A stretch of DNA of 64,000 bases from Minisyncoccota bacterium (GCA_028687715.1 JAQTZP010000004.1:25751-89750), one strand, 5' to 3'; numbered from the stretch's first letter, positions 18,401 to 27,816 are shown. Notes: generated by a model from the sequence alone, not told the origin. Program-made: numbers and translations.

Positions 18401-19758
18401 AGAGTAGGTTCTAAGGAAAGATTAGTGTTTGAAGCTTCAATCCAGATATTTCCAGCAGACTGACCCGGAGGGTTTATAAGTTCGCCCGTAAATGCTGTTA
18501 CATCAAAATTATCGCTTGTTATGCTTCCTTTAACTTGAACCCAGGTTCCTTTTATATTAACATTATTAGGATCGGCTGCAGTATGAAATCCTGTAGAATT
18601 AATTCCAGAAGAACCTATAAAAACTATTCCATTGGGAGCATACAAAGAAATCTTTCCAACTATCCCAGCGCCGCTGTATCCTGTAGCATAAAGATTGCTA
18701 TTCTGATAGCCGCTGTAAGCACTGTTATTAATCCCTGAACCTACTCTTACTCCTCTCTGCTGACCAGTTCCGTTTGCTTGCAGTATAATTTTTCCACTAC
18801 TTTTATAATCCTTGCAGAATCTTCTGAATTTATAAGTGACAGGATTTAATTGGCAAAGATTTCCGTAATCGCATTTCTCTTCCTTAGTACTTTCTTCACA
18901 GGCGCTGTAGGTATAGATATTGTCAGTTATCCAGATTCTCTCATTAGCCTTAATTACAATATTACTAGGCTCAAGCCCCTGGGCAAATAAATTATTGGCA
19001 TATAAAGAGTTAATAAACATATCAAAAGGGGCAGGCAGAATTGTTATCTGACCCGCCCTGCCAAAGCCAGCAGTAGAAAAACCAAATACCGGCGCAAAAA
19101 CCCAGCCATATATTGATTGAGAAGATAAGGACCCTGCTTTAATATCTTTTCCATAAATAGAGATATTTCCTCCGTCTCCGCTAATACCGGCACAACTTAT
19201 ATTCCCTACAGAAACTATCTTCCCTTTTAAAATCACATTACCTCCATTGCCTTGATAAACTACGGCGCTTAACTCTTGGCTAGGCTGATTAAAGATATCC
19301 CCTCCGATTACCAGTCCCTCATTGGTTCTAAAAGTAATATTTGACGGAATAAATGAAACTCCTGAATACTTATAAATAGTAACGCTTTTATACTCTATCA
19401 AATCATAGGCAAATAAGTTTATGTCCGTTAAACTAGGCCTAGTTATCCGTAAACCTTCATCCGGGGAGAAATAAATCTTTTTTGTCCCCTTGATCGCAAA
19501 AGAACTAGCGGTTAATTTTACCTTATCCAAATCATTGCCGCTCCCATCTCTTAAATCAAAAGTTAAACCTGCATTAATCACATTATCAACAAAACTCTTA
19601 TTAACGCAGATAGAATCATCAGCGTCTATTTCCGAACAGGTTGAACTTTGATTAACTAAAGTGCAATTGCAAGATGCGGCAGAAACTGAACCTCCTTTTA
19701 TGGTTATTATAAAAAAGAAAAGAGCAAAGATTATTATTTTTAGCTTTTTATTTTTCAT
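15493..19758 (-). CDS. Giant secreted/surface protein (1421 aa) with Gly-rich repeats, Cys-rich modules and C-terminal FN3/PKD-like domains
   Basis: Signal peptide MKNKKLKIIIFALFFFIITIKGGSVSAA. Many GGxGGxG/SGGNGGN repeats suggestive of a beta-helix/beta-roll. About six tandem Cys-rich units of about 30 aa (CxxVSGxGxxxCxxxxDCxxxHLxC). FN3-like (YYWRVMVWD) and PKD-like segments near the C-terminus. Confidence 0.6.
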   Translation of the reverse strand: MKNKKLKIIIFALFFFIITIKGGSVSAASCNCTLVNQSSTCSEIDADDSICVNKSFVDNVINAGLTFDLRDGSGNDLDKVKLTASSFAIKGTKKIYFSPDEGLRITRPSLTDINLFAYDLIEYKSVTIYKYSGVSFIPSNITFRTNEGLVIGGDIFNQPSQELSAVVYQGNGGNVILKGKIVSVGNISCAGISGDGGNISIYGKDIKAGSLSSQSIYGWVFAPVFGFSTAGFGRAGQITILPAPFDMFINSLYANNLFAQGLEPSNIVIKANERIWITDNIYTYSACEESTKEEKCDYGNLCQLNPVTYKFRRFCKDYKSSGKIILQANGTGQQRGVRVGSGINNSAYSGYQNSNLYATGYSGAGIVGKISLYAPNGIVFIGSSGINSTGFHTAADPNNVNIKGTWVQVKGSITSDNFDVTAFTGELINPPGQSAGNIWIEASNTNLSLEPTLLIENPIYARARYAFAPNGGDVNLVSNYRIEGTAPNGWGRSLIADTSGFTPSDPSPYGSLWYLKEGVSLDPATGSFISDTDAFCREQTHEYYNGTDGQDGVSGGNGGNISVTSPRIQWASGTNILDLKSNGGNGSRGGIGAGGNYCSVGGIYYQGPVTHTMYERGSGGQGGTGGIGGSITVSASRIHCFKSLVLKSNGGKGGESGDYNVMATPFDIYNNHTGNCDLTGWRDKAVKEIKVAEVSGAGGAGGNITLKPMPTDDPIENITAEIKGGDGGDTGDGDYSSYPWYCTNPKSGAELINIAKSGGPNLQTPCQTRVLSPEEVASGISRTSGVVEIAQTGFSSYGGQSGASGGDGGSILIDSPLDISILKNFYASGGIGRRGGTGQSSSINQPGNGGIGGKGGNAGTIQLTNINIIQGQLNPGAGGAGGLQGASVLDLPRADSFCAYSGTYPYWDYGVECPVDSPYCCSYSGLNSCRTKDPLLGGSNYSAENFSIKFIPPSNNGSAGEIGSSVQISSIPSASKGPESCAGEGGGIVSFQDWGSHNICYAEYCIAVMDQGPDECSDSTICRTDDKHRACGVNICNLVSGEGSDECFSNSDCGETHLDCSANRCVSVSGGGEDKCLDDSGCDGSHYECVGTTCVPQPGEGKNECLSNNDCDKQHLECDSSNSCVSVSGEGSNQCFSYEDCEGKSKICTFSNGMIACLLSAKSQLPDECSSDEDCCCGDGIRDAGEECGEPGLNLCFPYQQCINCRCEGEPSNNPPNAPSNISFNPSATDCCDAVPSVAFSWTYSDPDEGDLQSAYQVQVATDEGFNNLIIDTNKVQSSSNSYATQSINFSTNYYWRVMVWDTNGPIDSPWASSTIPSIAEYPCPSFTWDPSNPNVGENTDFFSAGTTCPSGPCNYLWTFESGTPASSTSPNPANIKFNSEGSKEVVLMVTDSLSRDCSLAIDVPIGMTLLPPEWIEIPPF
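16300..16720. repeat. Divergent tandem repeats of about 90 nt inside the giant protein gene, encoding the Cys-rich modules
   Basis: GAAACGCA-containing units of similar length recur on the plus strand. Boundaries are approximate. Confidence 0.4.
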
Positions 19759-19923
19759 AGATTATGTCTTTTACTTATTATGAGATTTATTTTAAAAAAA
19801 AGCGAGTGGATAAATAAGGCATCTTTTTTTATTTTATTATAACCAGAATTAAATTAAAAGAAGGAAAATAGACAAAATCCATTTTTTAAGATAAAATAAA
19901 GCTAAATTAACATTATTAAACCT

Positions 19924-20643
19924 ATGAGCGGACACAGTCATTGGAGTTCAATAAAAAGAGGAAAAGAAATTGAGGATAAAAAAAGAGGAAAGATTTTCTC
20001 AAAGCTTTCCAAGATTATAACTTTAAGCGCCAGAGAAAAAGGAGGAAATCCTGATGCTAATCCGAAGTTAAGAATAGCGATTGAAAAGGCGAAAGAAGCC
20101 AATATGCCCAAAGATAACATTGAAAGGGCAGTAAAGCGGGGCACAGGAGAATTGGCCGGAGAAAAGCTGGAAGAGTTTATCTTTGAAGCGTACGGACCTT
20201 CAGGCATTGCAGTAATAATTGAAGGAATTACTGATAATAGAAAAAGGGCGCTGGGGGATATAAAGCAGATTCTAAATCAATACAGCGGCAAACTGGCAAA
20301 CGAAGGTTCGGTTAAATGGCTTTTTGAAAGACAGGGAGTTTTAGAGATTGTAAAAGGTGAAAATAACTCAAAAGAAGAGCTTGAGCTTAAGGCTATTGAA
20401 GCTGGAGCCTTAGATTTTTTCTGGCATGATGAAGTTTTAGAAATATACACCAAGCCCGAAGAATTAGAGAATGTAAAAAAGAACCTTGAAGAATCTAAAT
20501 TAAAAATAGAGTCTGCGTCTTTGGGCTGGATTCCTAAAGAAAAGATTAAAATAGAAGGAAAAGACAAAGAAACCTCTGAAAAGCTGTTTGAAGCGCTTGA
20601 TGAAAATGAGGATGTCCAAGAGATATATTCAAACCTTTTATAA
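19924..20643 (+). CDS. yebC: YebC/PmpR family DNA-binding transcriptional regulator
   Basis: MSGHSHWSSIKRGKEIEDKKRGKIFSKL...NMPKDNIERAVKRG is highly conserved across the family. Confidence 0.85.
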   Translation: MSGHSHWSSIKRGKEIEDKKRGKIFSKLSKIITLSAREKGGNPDANPKLRIAIEKAKEANMPKDNIERAVKRGTGELAGEKLEEFIFEAYGPSGIAVIIEGITDNRKRALGDIKQILNQYSGKLANEGSVKWLFERQGVLEIVKGENNSKEELELKAIEAGALDFFWHDEVLEIYTKPEELENVKKNLEESKLKIESASLGWIPKEKIKIEGKDKETSEKLFEALDENEDVQEIYSNLL

Positions 20644-20711
20644 CTAAACACAAGGATTTTCATTAATTTAGGCCTTTATTATTAAGGCTTGAAAACTGAA
20701 AATTAAAAACT

Positions 20712-21209
20712 TTGATAATATTAGGAATTGATCCGGGACTGGCAACCATAGGCTATGGGGTCTTAAAAAAGCCTAAAGATAAAAAAGATAAAATTAAAGT
20801 AATCGCCTACGACTGCATTACTACAAGCCCAAAGTTCAATCCCGGCCAGCGCCTTTATAAAATAAATAGAGAGCTTAATAAAATAATCAAGAAATACAAC
20901 CCTAAAGTTTTAGCCGTAGAAAACATTTATTTCTTTAAAAACTTAAAGACTGCAATGCCGGTAAGCCAAGCGAAAGGAGTAATTTTAATGACTGCGGCAA
21001 AGAAGAAAATTCCTGTTTTTGAAGTAACACCTCTGCAAGTCAAAATGACCGTGGCAGGCTACGGCAAAGCAGAAAAAAAGCAGGTTCAGAAAATGATCCA
21101 AATCCTGCTTGATTTAAAAGAATTCCCTAAAAAAGACGATGCCGCTGATGCTTTAGGGGTCGCCCTCTGCTGCGCCATAGAGAGTGAGAGAATAATTAAA
21201 CAATCTTAG
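20712..21209 (+). CDS. ruvC: Crossover junction endodeoxyribonuclease RuvC
   Basis: MIILGIDPGLATIGYGVL carries the first catalytic Asp. Other RNase H-fold acidic residues lie in the DDAADALGVALC region. Confidence 0.85.
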   Translation: MIILGIDPGLATIGYGVLKKPKDKKDKIKVIAYDCITTSPKFNPGQRLYKINRELNKIIKKYNPKVLAVENIYFFKNLKTAMPVSQAKGVILMTAAKKKIPVFEVTPLQVKMTVAGYGKAEKKQVQKMIQILLDLKEFPKKDDAADALGVALCCAIESERIIKQS

Positions 21210-22389
21210 CAAACCTTCTTTTTCCTGCTTTAATTATCATTCCTTTTTTTATTTCAATAATCTTTTCTAAATCAGCTTGAACTTCATTATCAATTCTTAC
21301 TGCTCTTTGGACAATCAGCCTTTTTGCTTCAGATTTTGAAGAAACCAGCCTTAATTTAACCAGCAAATCAATAATAGGAATTCTTTCCCCTTCTATTTTA
21401 ACCTCGTCAATATCTGTCGGAGCCTTTTTATTCTTAAAAACTCTCTCAAACTCTTTTTCCGATTCAGATGCCAGCTTCTCTCCGTGATAAATTCTTACAA
21501 TTTCTTTGGCAAGCCATAATTTAAGGTCTTTAGGATTTGCCTTGCCTTTCAATTCTTTTTTAATCTGCTGAATTTCTTTTAAAGAGGCATCGGTAGCTAG
21601 TTCAAAATAATCTGGTATAAGGTTATCGGTCATTGACATTATCCTGCCGAACATCTCTTGAGGTTTATCCATTATTGTTATAATATTGCCCCAGCTGGTA
21701 GACATCTTTCTTGAATCAAGGCCCGGAAGCATCTTTAAGGTCATGATATCCTGAACAGGCATATTAGAGGTTTCTTGGAGCTGGCGTCCTACTTTTAAAT
21801 TAAACAATTGATCAGTGCCTCCAATCTCAACATCGGCAGAAACAGCAACTGAGTCGTATCCCTGAAACAAAGGGTACAAAAGCTCGTGAAGGCCTATAGG
21901 CTTACTGCTGGCCCATCTCTCCTTGAAGTTTCTTCTTGTAATCATCTGCTGGGCAGTAAAGTTCATTGAAAGAGAAATAAGGTCTTTGGAGTTAAGTTTT
22001 TTAAGCCATTTGCTATTGTAGCAAAATTCTGTTTTCTTTATATCCAATATCTTTCCTATCTGCCTCTTATAATCCTTCATATTCTCTTTTATCTCATTTT
22101 CTGACAAAGACCTTCTCATTGAAGTTTTATCAGAAGCATCGCCTATCAAAGCAGTAAAATCGCCGATAATTAAAACAATCTGATGCCCCAAATCCTGAAA
22201 CGCCTTAAGTTTTCTAAACTGAAGAGCCCTGCCCAAGTGAATCCTTGGACCGGTTGGGTCAATTCCGTGTTTTATTCTAAGCTTTTTCCCAGATTTCAGT
22301 TTCTTTATCAAGCTGTCTTTTTCAATAACTTCTTCAACCCCTTTTGTCAGAATTTCTTCAATTTTTTTCTCATCGCTATTTATTTTCAT
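21196..22389 (-). CDS. tyrS: Tyrosine--tRNA ligase
   Basis: HIGH-like GIDPTGPRIHLGR; KMSKS-like KMSTS; C-terminal S4 RNA-binding domain (RLIVQRAVRIDNE). Confidence 0.75.
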   Translation of the reverse strand: MKINSDEKKIEEILTKGVEEVIEKDSLIKKLKSGKKLRIKHGIDPTGPRIHLGRALQFRKLKAFQDLGHQIVLIIGDFTALIGDASDKTSMRRSLSENEIKENMKDYKRQIGKILDIKKTEFCYNSKWLKKLNSKDLISLSMNFTAQQMITRRNFKERWASSKPIGLHELLYPLFQGYDSVAVSADVEIGGTDQLFNLKVGRQLQETSNMPVQDIMTLKMLPGLDSRKMSTSWGNIITIMDKPQEMFGRIMSMTDNLIPDYFELATDASLKEIQQIKKELKGKANPKDLKLWLAKEIVRIYHGEKLASESEKEFERVFKNKKAPTDIDEVKIEGERIPIIDLLVKLRLVSSKSEAKRLIVQRAVRIDNEVQADLEKIIEIKKGMIIKAGKRRFAKIV

Positions 22390-22433
22390 ACAATTTTATT
22401 TTATGATAAAAATACAAGATTGTAAATCCATTT

Positions 22434-24434
22434 ATGCCTAAAAGAGTTTTCAGCAGAAAAGTGTACAAAAAAGATAAAAGAAAAGAGATAATCTCTTTAG
22501 TTCTGAAATTATCAGTTTTAGCTTTAATAGCAGCTCCGGTTGTTATGGTTTTTTTATTTCTTTACTATTCAAAGGACCTGCCCCGACCGGAAAAGTTTAC
22601 TGAAAAAACCTTTGTTGAATCCACTAAGATTTACGACAGAACCGGAAAGGTATTGCTGTTTGAGATGTACGGAGAGGAAAAAAGAGAAACAGTTCCCCTT
22701 GATTCAGTCTCCGACTATTTAAAAAAAGCAGTCATCTCGGTAGAGGATGCCAATTTCTACTCCCATTATGGAATTGATATTACAGGTATCTTCAGAGCGA
22801 TTAAAACAGATATAATAATTGGGAAGCCGGCTTTCGGCGGTTCAACAATCTCCCAGCAGCTTATCCGTTCAACCTTTCTAACCCCTGAAAAGACAATAAA
22901 AAGGAAAATAAGGGAGATAATCCTAACTTTAGAGCTTGAAAGAAAGTATTCAAAAGACCAAATCTTAGAATGGTATCTTAACCAAATTCCCTTTGGTCCC
23001 AACCTTTACGGAGTAGAAACCGCTTCAAAAGCATACTTTGAAAAATCTGCCAAAGACCTTTCTTTAAACGAAGCCGCAGCCTTAGCTGCTGTGATTCAGG
23101 CGCCGAGCTATTTTTCTCCTTACGGTCCGAATAAAGAAGAACTAGTCAACAGGAAGAATTATGTTTTAGAAAGAATGAACCAGGAAGGATATATCACAAA
23201 AGAAGAGCTTGAAAGCGCTAAAGCCCAGGAGCTGGCTTTTTCAGAATCTGTTGGTTCAATAAAAGCTCCTCATTTTGTTTTTTACATCCAGAACTATCTT
23301 TTAGAAAACTACGGTAAAGATATGCTTGAGAAAGGAGGTCTCAATATTTATACTTCTTTGGACTGGGAGCTTCAAGAAACTGCTGAAAAAGCAGTTTTAG
23401 AAGGAGTTGAAAAGAATAAAAATTACAAGGTAAATAATGCGGCCCTGGTTGCAATAGACCCGAAAACAGGAGAAGTACTGGCAATGGTTGGCTCAAAAAA
23501 CTGGTTTGGAGACCCTTATCCTGAAGGATGCACTTCTGGAAAAGACTGCCTCTTTGACCCTAAGGTTAATGTAGCAACGTATAATATAGGAAGACAGCCC
23601 GGCTCTTCCTTTAAGCCCTTTGTTTACGCCACTGCTTTTTCAAAAGGTTATGACGATAAATATGTTGTAGTAGATGAAGAAACTAATTTTGGAATCTTTG
23701 GAGGAAAACCCTATATCCCCAGAAATTATGACGGGAAATTCAGGGGTCCGGTTACTTTGCGCCAGGCCTTGGCCCAGTCGCTCAACATTCCCGCTGTGAA
23801 AACTTTAGCCTATCTGGCCGGACAAAAAGACAGCATTGAAACAGCGAAAAAGCTGGGAATTACAACTCTAAACAAACCTTATTCATATTACGGACTTTCA
23901 ATTGTCTTGGGAGGAGGAGAAGTCAAGCTCTTGGATATGGTTTCTGCTTACGGTGTTTTTGCAACCGAAGGATACAGAATCCCCCCTGTTTCTGTTTTAA
24001 GAATAGAAGATTCAAAGGGAAATATTTTAGAGCAGAACAACAAGATTTCTAAAATGGTCTTGGAAAAAAGGTCAGCGGTGATATTAAACAGCATTCTTTC
24101 AGACAATGACGCCAGAGCTCCTATGTTCGGCTATAATTCTTTATTGTATTTTAAAGACTATCAGGTGGCAGTAAAAACAGGAACAACTGATGACTTTAAA
24201 GACGGATGGATTATAGGGTATACGCCTTCTGTCGTCCTTGGGGTCTGGGTAGGCAATAATAATAATGTTTCAATGAGCAAAGAACCAGGGGTGGTTTTAG
24301 CCGGACCCATCTGGAGAAGCGTAATGAGCTATATTCTTCCCAAGCTCCCTAGGGAAAACTTCACTCCTATTGAAACTATTGAGCCTCAAAAAACTGACTC
24401 TGAAATAATAGAAGAAATTGAGACAAATCCCTAG
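22434..24434 (+). CDS. Bifunctional class A penicillin-binding protein (glycosyltransferase GT51 plus transpeptidase)
   Basis: An N-terminal transmembrane segment; GT51 motifs (EDANFYSHYGID, GGSTISQQL); transpeptidase motifs SSFKP (SxxK) and KTGTT. Confidence 0.85.
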   Translation: MPKRVFSRKVYKKDKRKEIISLVLKLSVLALIAAPVVMVFLFLYYSKDLPRPEKFTEKTFVESTKIYDRTGKVLLFEMYGEEKRETVPLDSVSDYLKKAVISVEDANFYSHYGIDITGIFRAIKTDIIIGKPAFGGSTISQQLIRSTFLTPEKTIKRKIREIILTLELERKYSKDQILEWYLNQIPFGPNLYGVETASKAYFEKSAKDLSLNEAAALAAVIQAPSYFSPYGPNKEELVNRKNYVLERMNQEGYITKEELESAKAQELAFSESVGSIKAPHFVFYIQNYLLENYGKDMLEKGGLNIYTSLDWELQETAEKAVLEGVEKNKNYKVNNAALVAIDPKTGEVLAMVGSKNWFGDPYPEGCTSGKDCLFDPKVNVATYNIGRQPGSSFKPFVYATAFSKGYDDKYVVVDEETNFGIFGGKPYIPRNYDGKFRGPVTLRQALAQSLNIPAVKTLAYLAGQKDSIETAKKLGITTLNKPYSYYGLSIVLGGGEVKLLDMVSAYGVFATEGYRIPPVSVLRIEDSKGNILEQNNKISKMVLEKRSAVILNSILSDNDARAPMFGYNSLLYFKDYQVAVKTGTTDDFKDGWIIGYTPSVVLGVWVGNNNNVSMSKEPGVVLAGPIWRSVMSYILPKLPRENFTPIETIEPQKTDSEIIEEIETNP

Positions 24435-24536
24435 CGCTGCAATAAAAAAGTCCTTGTTTTCCCCTTGTTGTTTGTTTTTTATCTGTGGTAGAATAAATCA
24501 AAAGTCGATAAGGAAATAATATTTTCTGAATTTAAC

Positions 24537-24950
24537 ATGGCTGATTACTCAAAAGACCAGCTTTGGGATCTTTACGAAAGCCTGCCCAAAGAGCTTCAAA
24601 AAGCTATTTTTTCCTCTGAAAATGCTGACAAGATATACAATATAGCCGTAAAGAACGGATTAGAGGAAGAAAACATTCCAATTGTTTCTAAATATACAGG
24701 CTATGTTCTTTTAGGAATTATGCCGCCTGACGAGTTCCAGAAAACAATCAAGAAAGATTTAAAACTCTCAGAGCAGACTGCCAAAAAGATTGCCCTAGAA
24801 ATAAACAGGTTTATCTTTTATCCAGTAAAAAACAGCTTGGAGGCATTATACAGGATTGAAATTGAATCAAGTCCAAAGACCTTAAAAGAAAAAGCCTCTG
24901 AACCTGTTAAAAAAACATTAAAAGATAAATACAGAGAAGAAGTAGGATAA
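24537..24950 (+). CDS. Hypothetical protein (first gene of the T4SS-like module)
   Basis: An ORF with an upstream extended -10 (TGTGGTAGAAT). No recognised domain. Confidence 0.4.
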   Translation: MADYSKDQLWDLYESLPKELQKAIFSSENADKIYNIAVKNGLEEENIPIVSKYTGYVLLGIMPPDEFQKTIKKDLKLSEQTAKKIALEINRFIFYPVKNSLEALYRIEIESSPKTLKEKASEPVKKTLKDKYREEVG

Positions 24951-24958
24951 AAGATCTT

Positions 24959-25360
24959 ATGCAGTTTATTGTCCCTAAAATAGAAAGGAAATTAAGAATA
25001 GGGCCTCTCACCTTAGAACAGCTTGTTTATCTTGTTGTCGGCGGAGCAATCTCTTTTTTACTCTATCATTCAATCCCGCTTACCTCTTTTATTATTGCTT
25101 CAAGCCTGGTGATAACCCTAACTCTGCTTATGGCTTTTGGAAAAATAGGTAGAGATTCTTTTCCCGTGTTTATAAAAAAGGCGTTTTTATTCGCACTAAG
25201 CTCAAAGATTTATCTTTGGAAAAGAAAAGAAATATCTGTTAGTTTTGCTCCTGAGAAAAAAAGTAAATTAAAAGAAGAAAAGGAGGAGGAAGGCTTAAAA
25301 ATAGCCCAGTACAGCAGGCTTAAAGACTTATCAACAAAATTAGAAACCAAATCAAAATAA
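24959..25360 (+). CDS. PrgI/VirB3-like small membrane protein
   Basis: Two predicted transmembrane helices (LVYLVVGGAISFLLY, FIIASSLVITLTLLMAF) and a position immediately upstream of VirB4, as in Gram-positive-type T4SS. Confidence 0.4.
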   Translation: MQFIVPKIERKLRIGPLTLEQLVYLVVGGAISFLLYHSIPLTSFIIASSLVITLTLLMAFGKIGRDSFPVFIKKAFLFALSSKIYLWKRKEISVSFAPEKKSKLKEEKEEEGLKIAQYSRLKDLSTKLETKSK

Positions 25361-26011
25361 TTGTTTATGGCGAAATCAATAACTCAGGATTTCTTGCAGT
25401 TCAGCCAAATCAAAGACGGAATTCTTGTTCTAAAAAACAAGGGATTAAGAGCTGTTTTAATGGTCTCTTCTTTGAATTTTGAACTTAAATCAGAAGACGA
25501 GCAAAATGCAATTCTTTATCAGTTCCAGAACTTTTTAAACTCTCTGGATTTTTCTTGTCAGATTATAATCCATTCAAGGAGATTGAATATGGCAGGATAT
25601 TTAGACAGGCTTAAAGAGATAGAAAAGAACGAAAGAAACGAACTGTTAAAAATCCAAATAAATGAATATCAAAAATTTATTGAGAGCATTGTAGGAGAAG
25701 GAACGATTATGCAGAAGAACTTCTATGTAGTAGTTCCTTTTTCTTTAATGGAAATACCTGCTAAATCATTGTCTGAAACAGGAAAAAAAATCACTAAAAT
25801 AATCAATGAATTAACCGAGGAAGAGTTTAAAAGAGCCAGAACCCAGCTGCTTCAAAGAGCGGAATTTGTGGCTTTGGGATTAAGGAGTTCAGGACTCCAA
25901 AGCGTTCTTTTAAACACCATGGAAGTTTCCGAGCTTTTCTGGAGCCTCCATCATCCAACAGAATCAGAACAAGGGTATTATCCTGAAATCCCTCCGGAAC
26001 TTACTTCTTAA
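25361..26011 (+). CDS. VirB4/TrbE N-terminal domain encoded as a separate ORF
   Basis: IKDGILVLKNKGLRAVLMVSSLNFELKSEDEQNAILYQFQNFLNSLDFSCQIIIHSRR follows the VirB4 N-domain pattern (DDGxV..KDGSL.A..E..G.DL.S...EL......LN.AL..LG.GW.LH). The ORF ends 5 nt before the ATPase ORF, in a different frame. Confidence 0.5.
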   Translation: MFMAKSITQDFLQFSQIKDGILVLKNKGLRAVLMVSSLNFELKSEDEQNAILYQFQNFLNSLDFSCQIIIHSRRLNMAGYLDRLKEIEKNERNELLKIQINEYQKFIESIVGEGTIMQKNFYVVVPFSLMEIPAKSLSETGKKITKIINELTEEEFKRARTQLLQRAEFVALGLRSSGLQSVLLNTMEVSELFWSLHHPTESEQGYYPEIPPELTS

Positions 26012-26016
26012 TTTTT

Positions 26017-27816
26017 ATGTTGTTTCCTTTTTTTAAAAAAAGAGATAGAAAAACACCAGAAATTCCCTCGTCTGACCCTTTTAATATCGCTGATATAATA
26101 GCCCCGTCTTTTATTGAGATAAAGCATAGTTACCTGAAAATGGGAGAACGACTGGCTAAAACCTATTTTATCTTTTCATATCCAAGATATCTAAACACCG
26201 GATGGTTTTCTCCGGTGATAAATCTCAGCTTCCCGATAGACGTCTCCATCTATATTCATCCCATTGACAGCGCAGAAGCTTTAAAGCAGTTAAGGAGAAA
26301 AGTAACAGAGGTTCAGGCGGAAATATCAGAACGAGAGGAAAAAGGATTAATCCGCGACCCGGCGCTTGAAACTGCTTATACAGACTTAGAAGACTTAAGA
26401 GACAGGCTTCAAACGGCCCAGGAAAAGATGTTTAATTTTTCTGTTTATGTAACTTCTTATGCTGACAATGAAAAAGAGTTAAGAGATATAGAGATTGAAC
26501 TGCGCTCTATTTTGGAATCACGACTGATATATATAAAGCCGGCCCTATACCAGCAGAAAGAAGGGTTTTTATCAACCTCTCCCTACAACTTGGACCTTTT
26601 AATGGTGTCTAACAAATTAAACACAAGCCCGCTTTCAACATCGTTCCCTTTTGTCTCATTTGACTTAAGCTCAAACGAAGGGATTCTTTACGGCCTAAAC
26701 AAGCATAATGCCTCTCTTGTCTTGTTTGACCGATTTTCATTAGCCAATGCCAATTCAGTTATCTTTGGGGTAAGCGGCAGCGGAAAAAGCTATGCCATTA
26801 AGCTTGAGATTTTAAGATACCTGATGCTTAATGTTGATGTTATTGTAATCGACCCTGAAAATGAATACAGATTCCTTTCTGATGCCGTAGGCGGCTCTTT
26901 TTTCGAAATATCTCTTTCATCTGACAATCACATTAATCCCTTTGACCTTCCTCAGCCTAAAGAAGATGAAAAGCCTTCTGATGTTTTAAGGTCAAACATA
27001 ATAAACATGGTTGGTCTGATAAGAATAATGCTTGGCGGATTAACGCCTGAAGAAGACGCTATTATAGACCAGGCAATAACCGAAACATACGCTGCCAAAG
27101 ATATTACTCCTGAAAGCGACCCAAAGCTCTGGGGTAAAAAAGAAGGACTGGAATTTCCTATTATGAGCGATTTAGAGGAGGTTCTTTCTACTATGGAAGG
27201 AGCTGAATCGCTTGTTAGAAGAATCCAAAGGTTTACAAAAGGGGTTTACTCCAATTTCTTTAATCAGCCTTCAAACGTTGATACGACAAATAGAATGGTT
27301 GTTTTCGGCATCAGAGACATGGAAGACGAACTAAGACCCATGGCTTTATTTATAATCCTAAGATATGTCTGGAAAACAATTACCTCCAAGATGAAAAAAC
27401 GCCTCCTTATAATAGACGAAGCCTGGTGGCTGATGAAAAATGAAGATGGAGCTTCATTTCTATTCGGCACTGTCAAAAGAGCCAGGAAATACTGGCTGGG
27501 AGTAACCACTATCACCCAGGACGTAAACGATTTTATGAAGTCTGATTACGGAAAACCGATTATCACCAATTCAGAGCTCCTTGTTTTAATGAAGCAGAGC
27601 CCGGCTACTATTGAAACGGTCAAAAATACCTTTAATCTAACAGAAGAAGAAAAGCTTTTACTGCTTGAATCTCCGACTGGCGAAGGGATATTTTTTGCCG
27701 GAACCAAGCATGTTTTAATAAGGGTGCTTGCTTCATACACCGAAGACCAGATAATCACCACAGCGCCTGAAGAGATTATAAAAATAAAGGAGGCTAAAAA
27801 AGAATTAGAAAGCTAA
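26017..27816 (+). CDS. VirB4-family type IV secretion ATPase (ATPase domain)
   Basis: Walker A GVSGSGKSY and Walker B LLIIDEAWWLM (the DEAW signature of VirB4/TraE/PrgJ). Confidence 0.8.
   Translation: MLFPFFKKRDRKTPEIPSSDPFNIADIIAPSFIEIKHSYLKMGERLAKTYFIFSYPRYLNTGWFSPVINLSFPIDVSIYIHPIDSAEALKQLRRKVTEVQAEISEREEKGLIRDPALETAYTDLEDLRDRLQTAQEKMFNFSVYVTSYADNEKELRDIEIELRSILESRLIYIKPALYQQKEGFLSTSPYNLDLLMVSNKLNTSPLSTSFPFVSFDLSSNEGILYGLNKHNASLVLFDRFSLANANSVIFGVSGSGKSYAIKLEILRYLMLNVDVIVIDPENEYRFLSDAVGGSFFEISLSSDNHINPFDLPQPKEDEKPSDVLRSNIINMVGLIRIMLGGLTPEEDAIIDQAITETYAAKDITPESDPKLWGKKEGLEFPIMSDLEEVLSTMEGAESLVRRIQRFTKGVYSNFFNQPSNVDTTNRMVVFGIRDMEDELRPMALFIILRYVWKTITSKMKKRLLIIDEAWWLMKNEDGASFLFGTVKRARKYWLGVTTITQDVNDFMKSDYGKPIITNSELLVLMKQSPATIETVKNTFNLTEEEKLLLLESPTGEGIFFAGTKHVLIRVLASYTEDQIITTAPEEIIKIKEAKKELES

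Noticed and set aside
16269-18738. Several plus-strand ORFs of 60-143 aa inside the giant protein gene
   Set aside because: They lie antisense or out of frame within a well-supported 1421-aa gene and have odd composition (C/L/R-rich) and no RBS. They are most likely spurious.
20644-20711. Weak hairpin (AGGCCTTTATTATTAAGGCTT) between yebC and ruvC
   Set aside because: The stem is imperfect (4-5 bp with mismatches). It may be a weak terminator or nothing, and was not reported as a feature.
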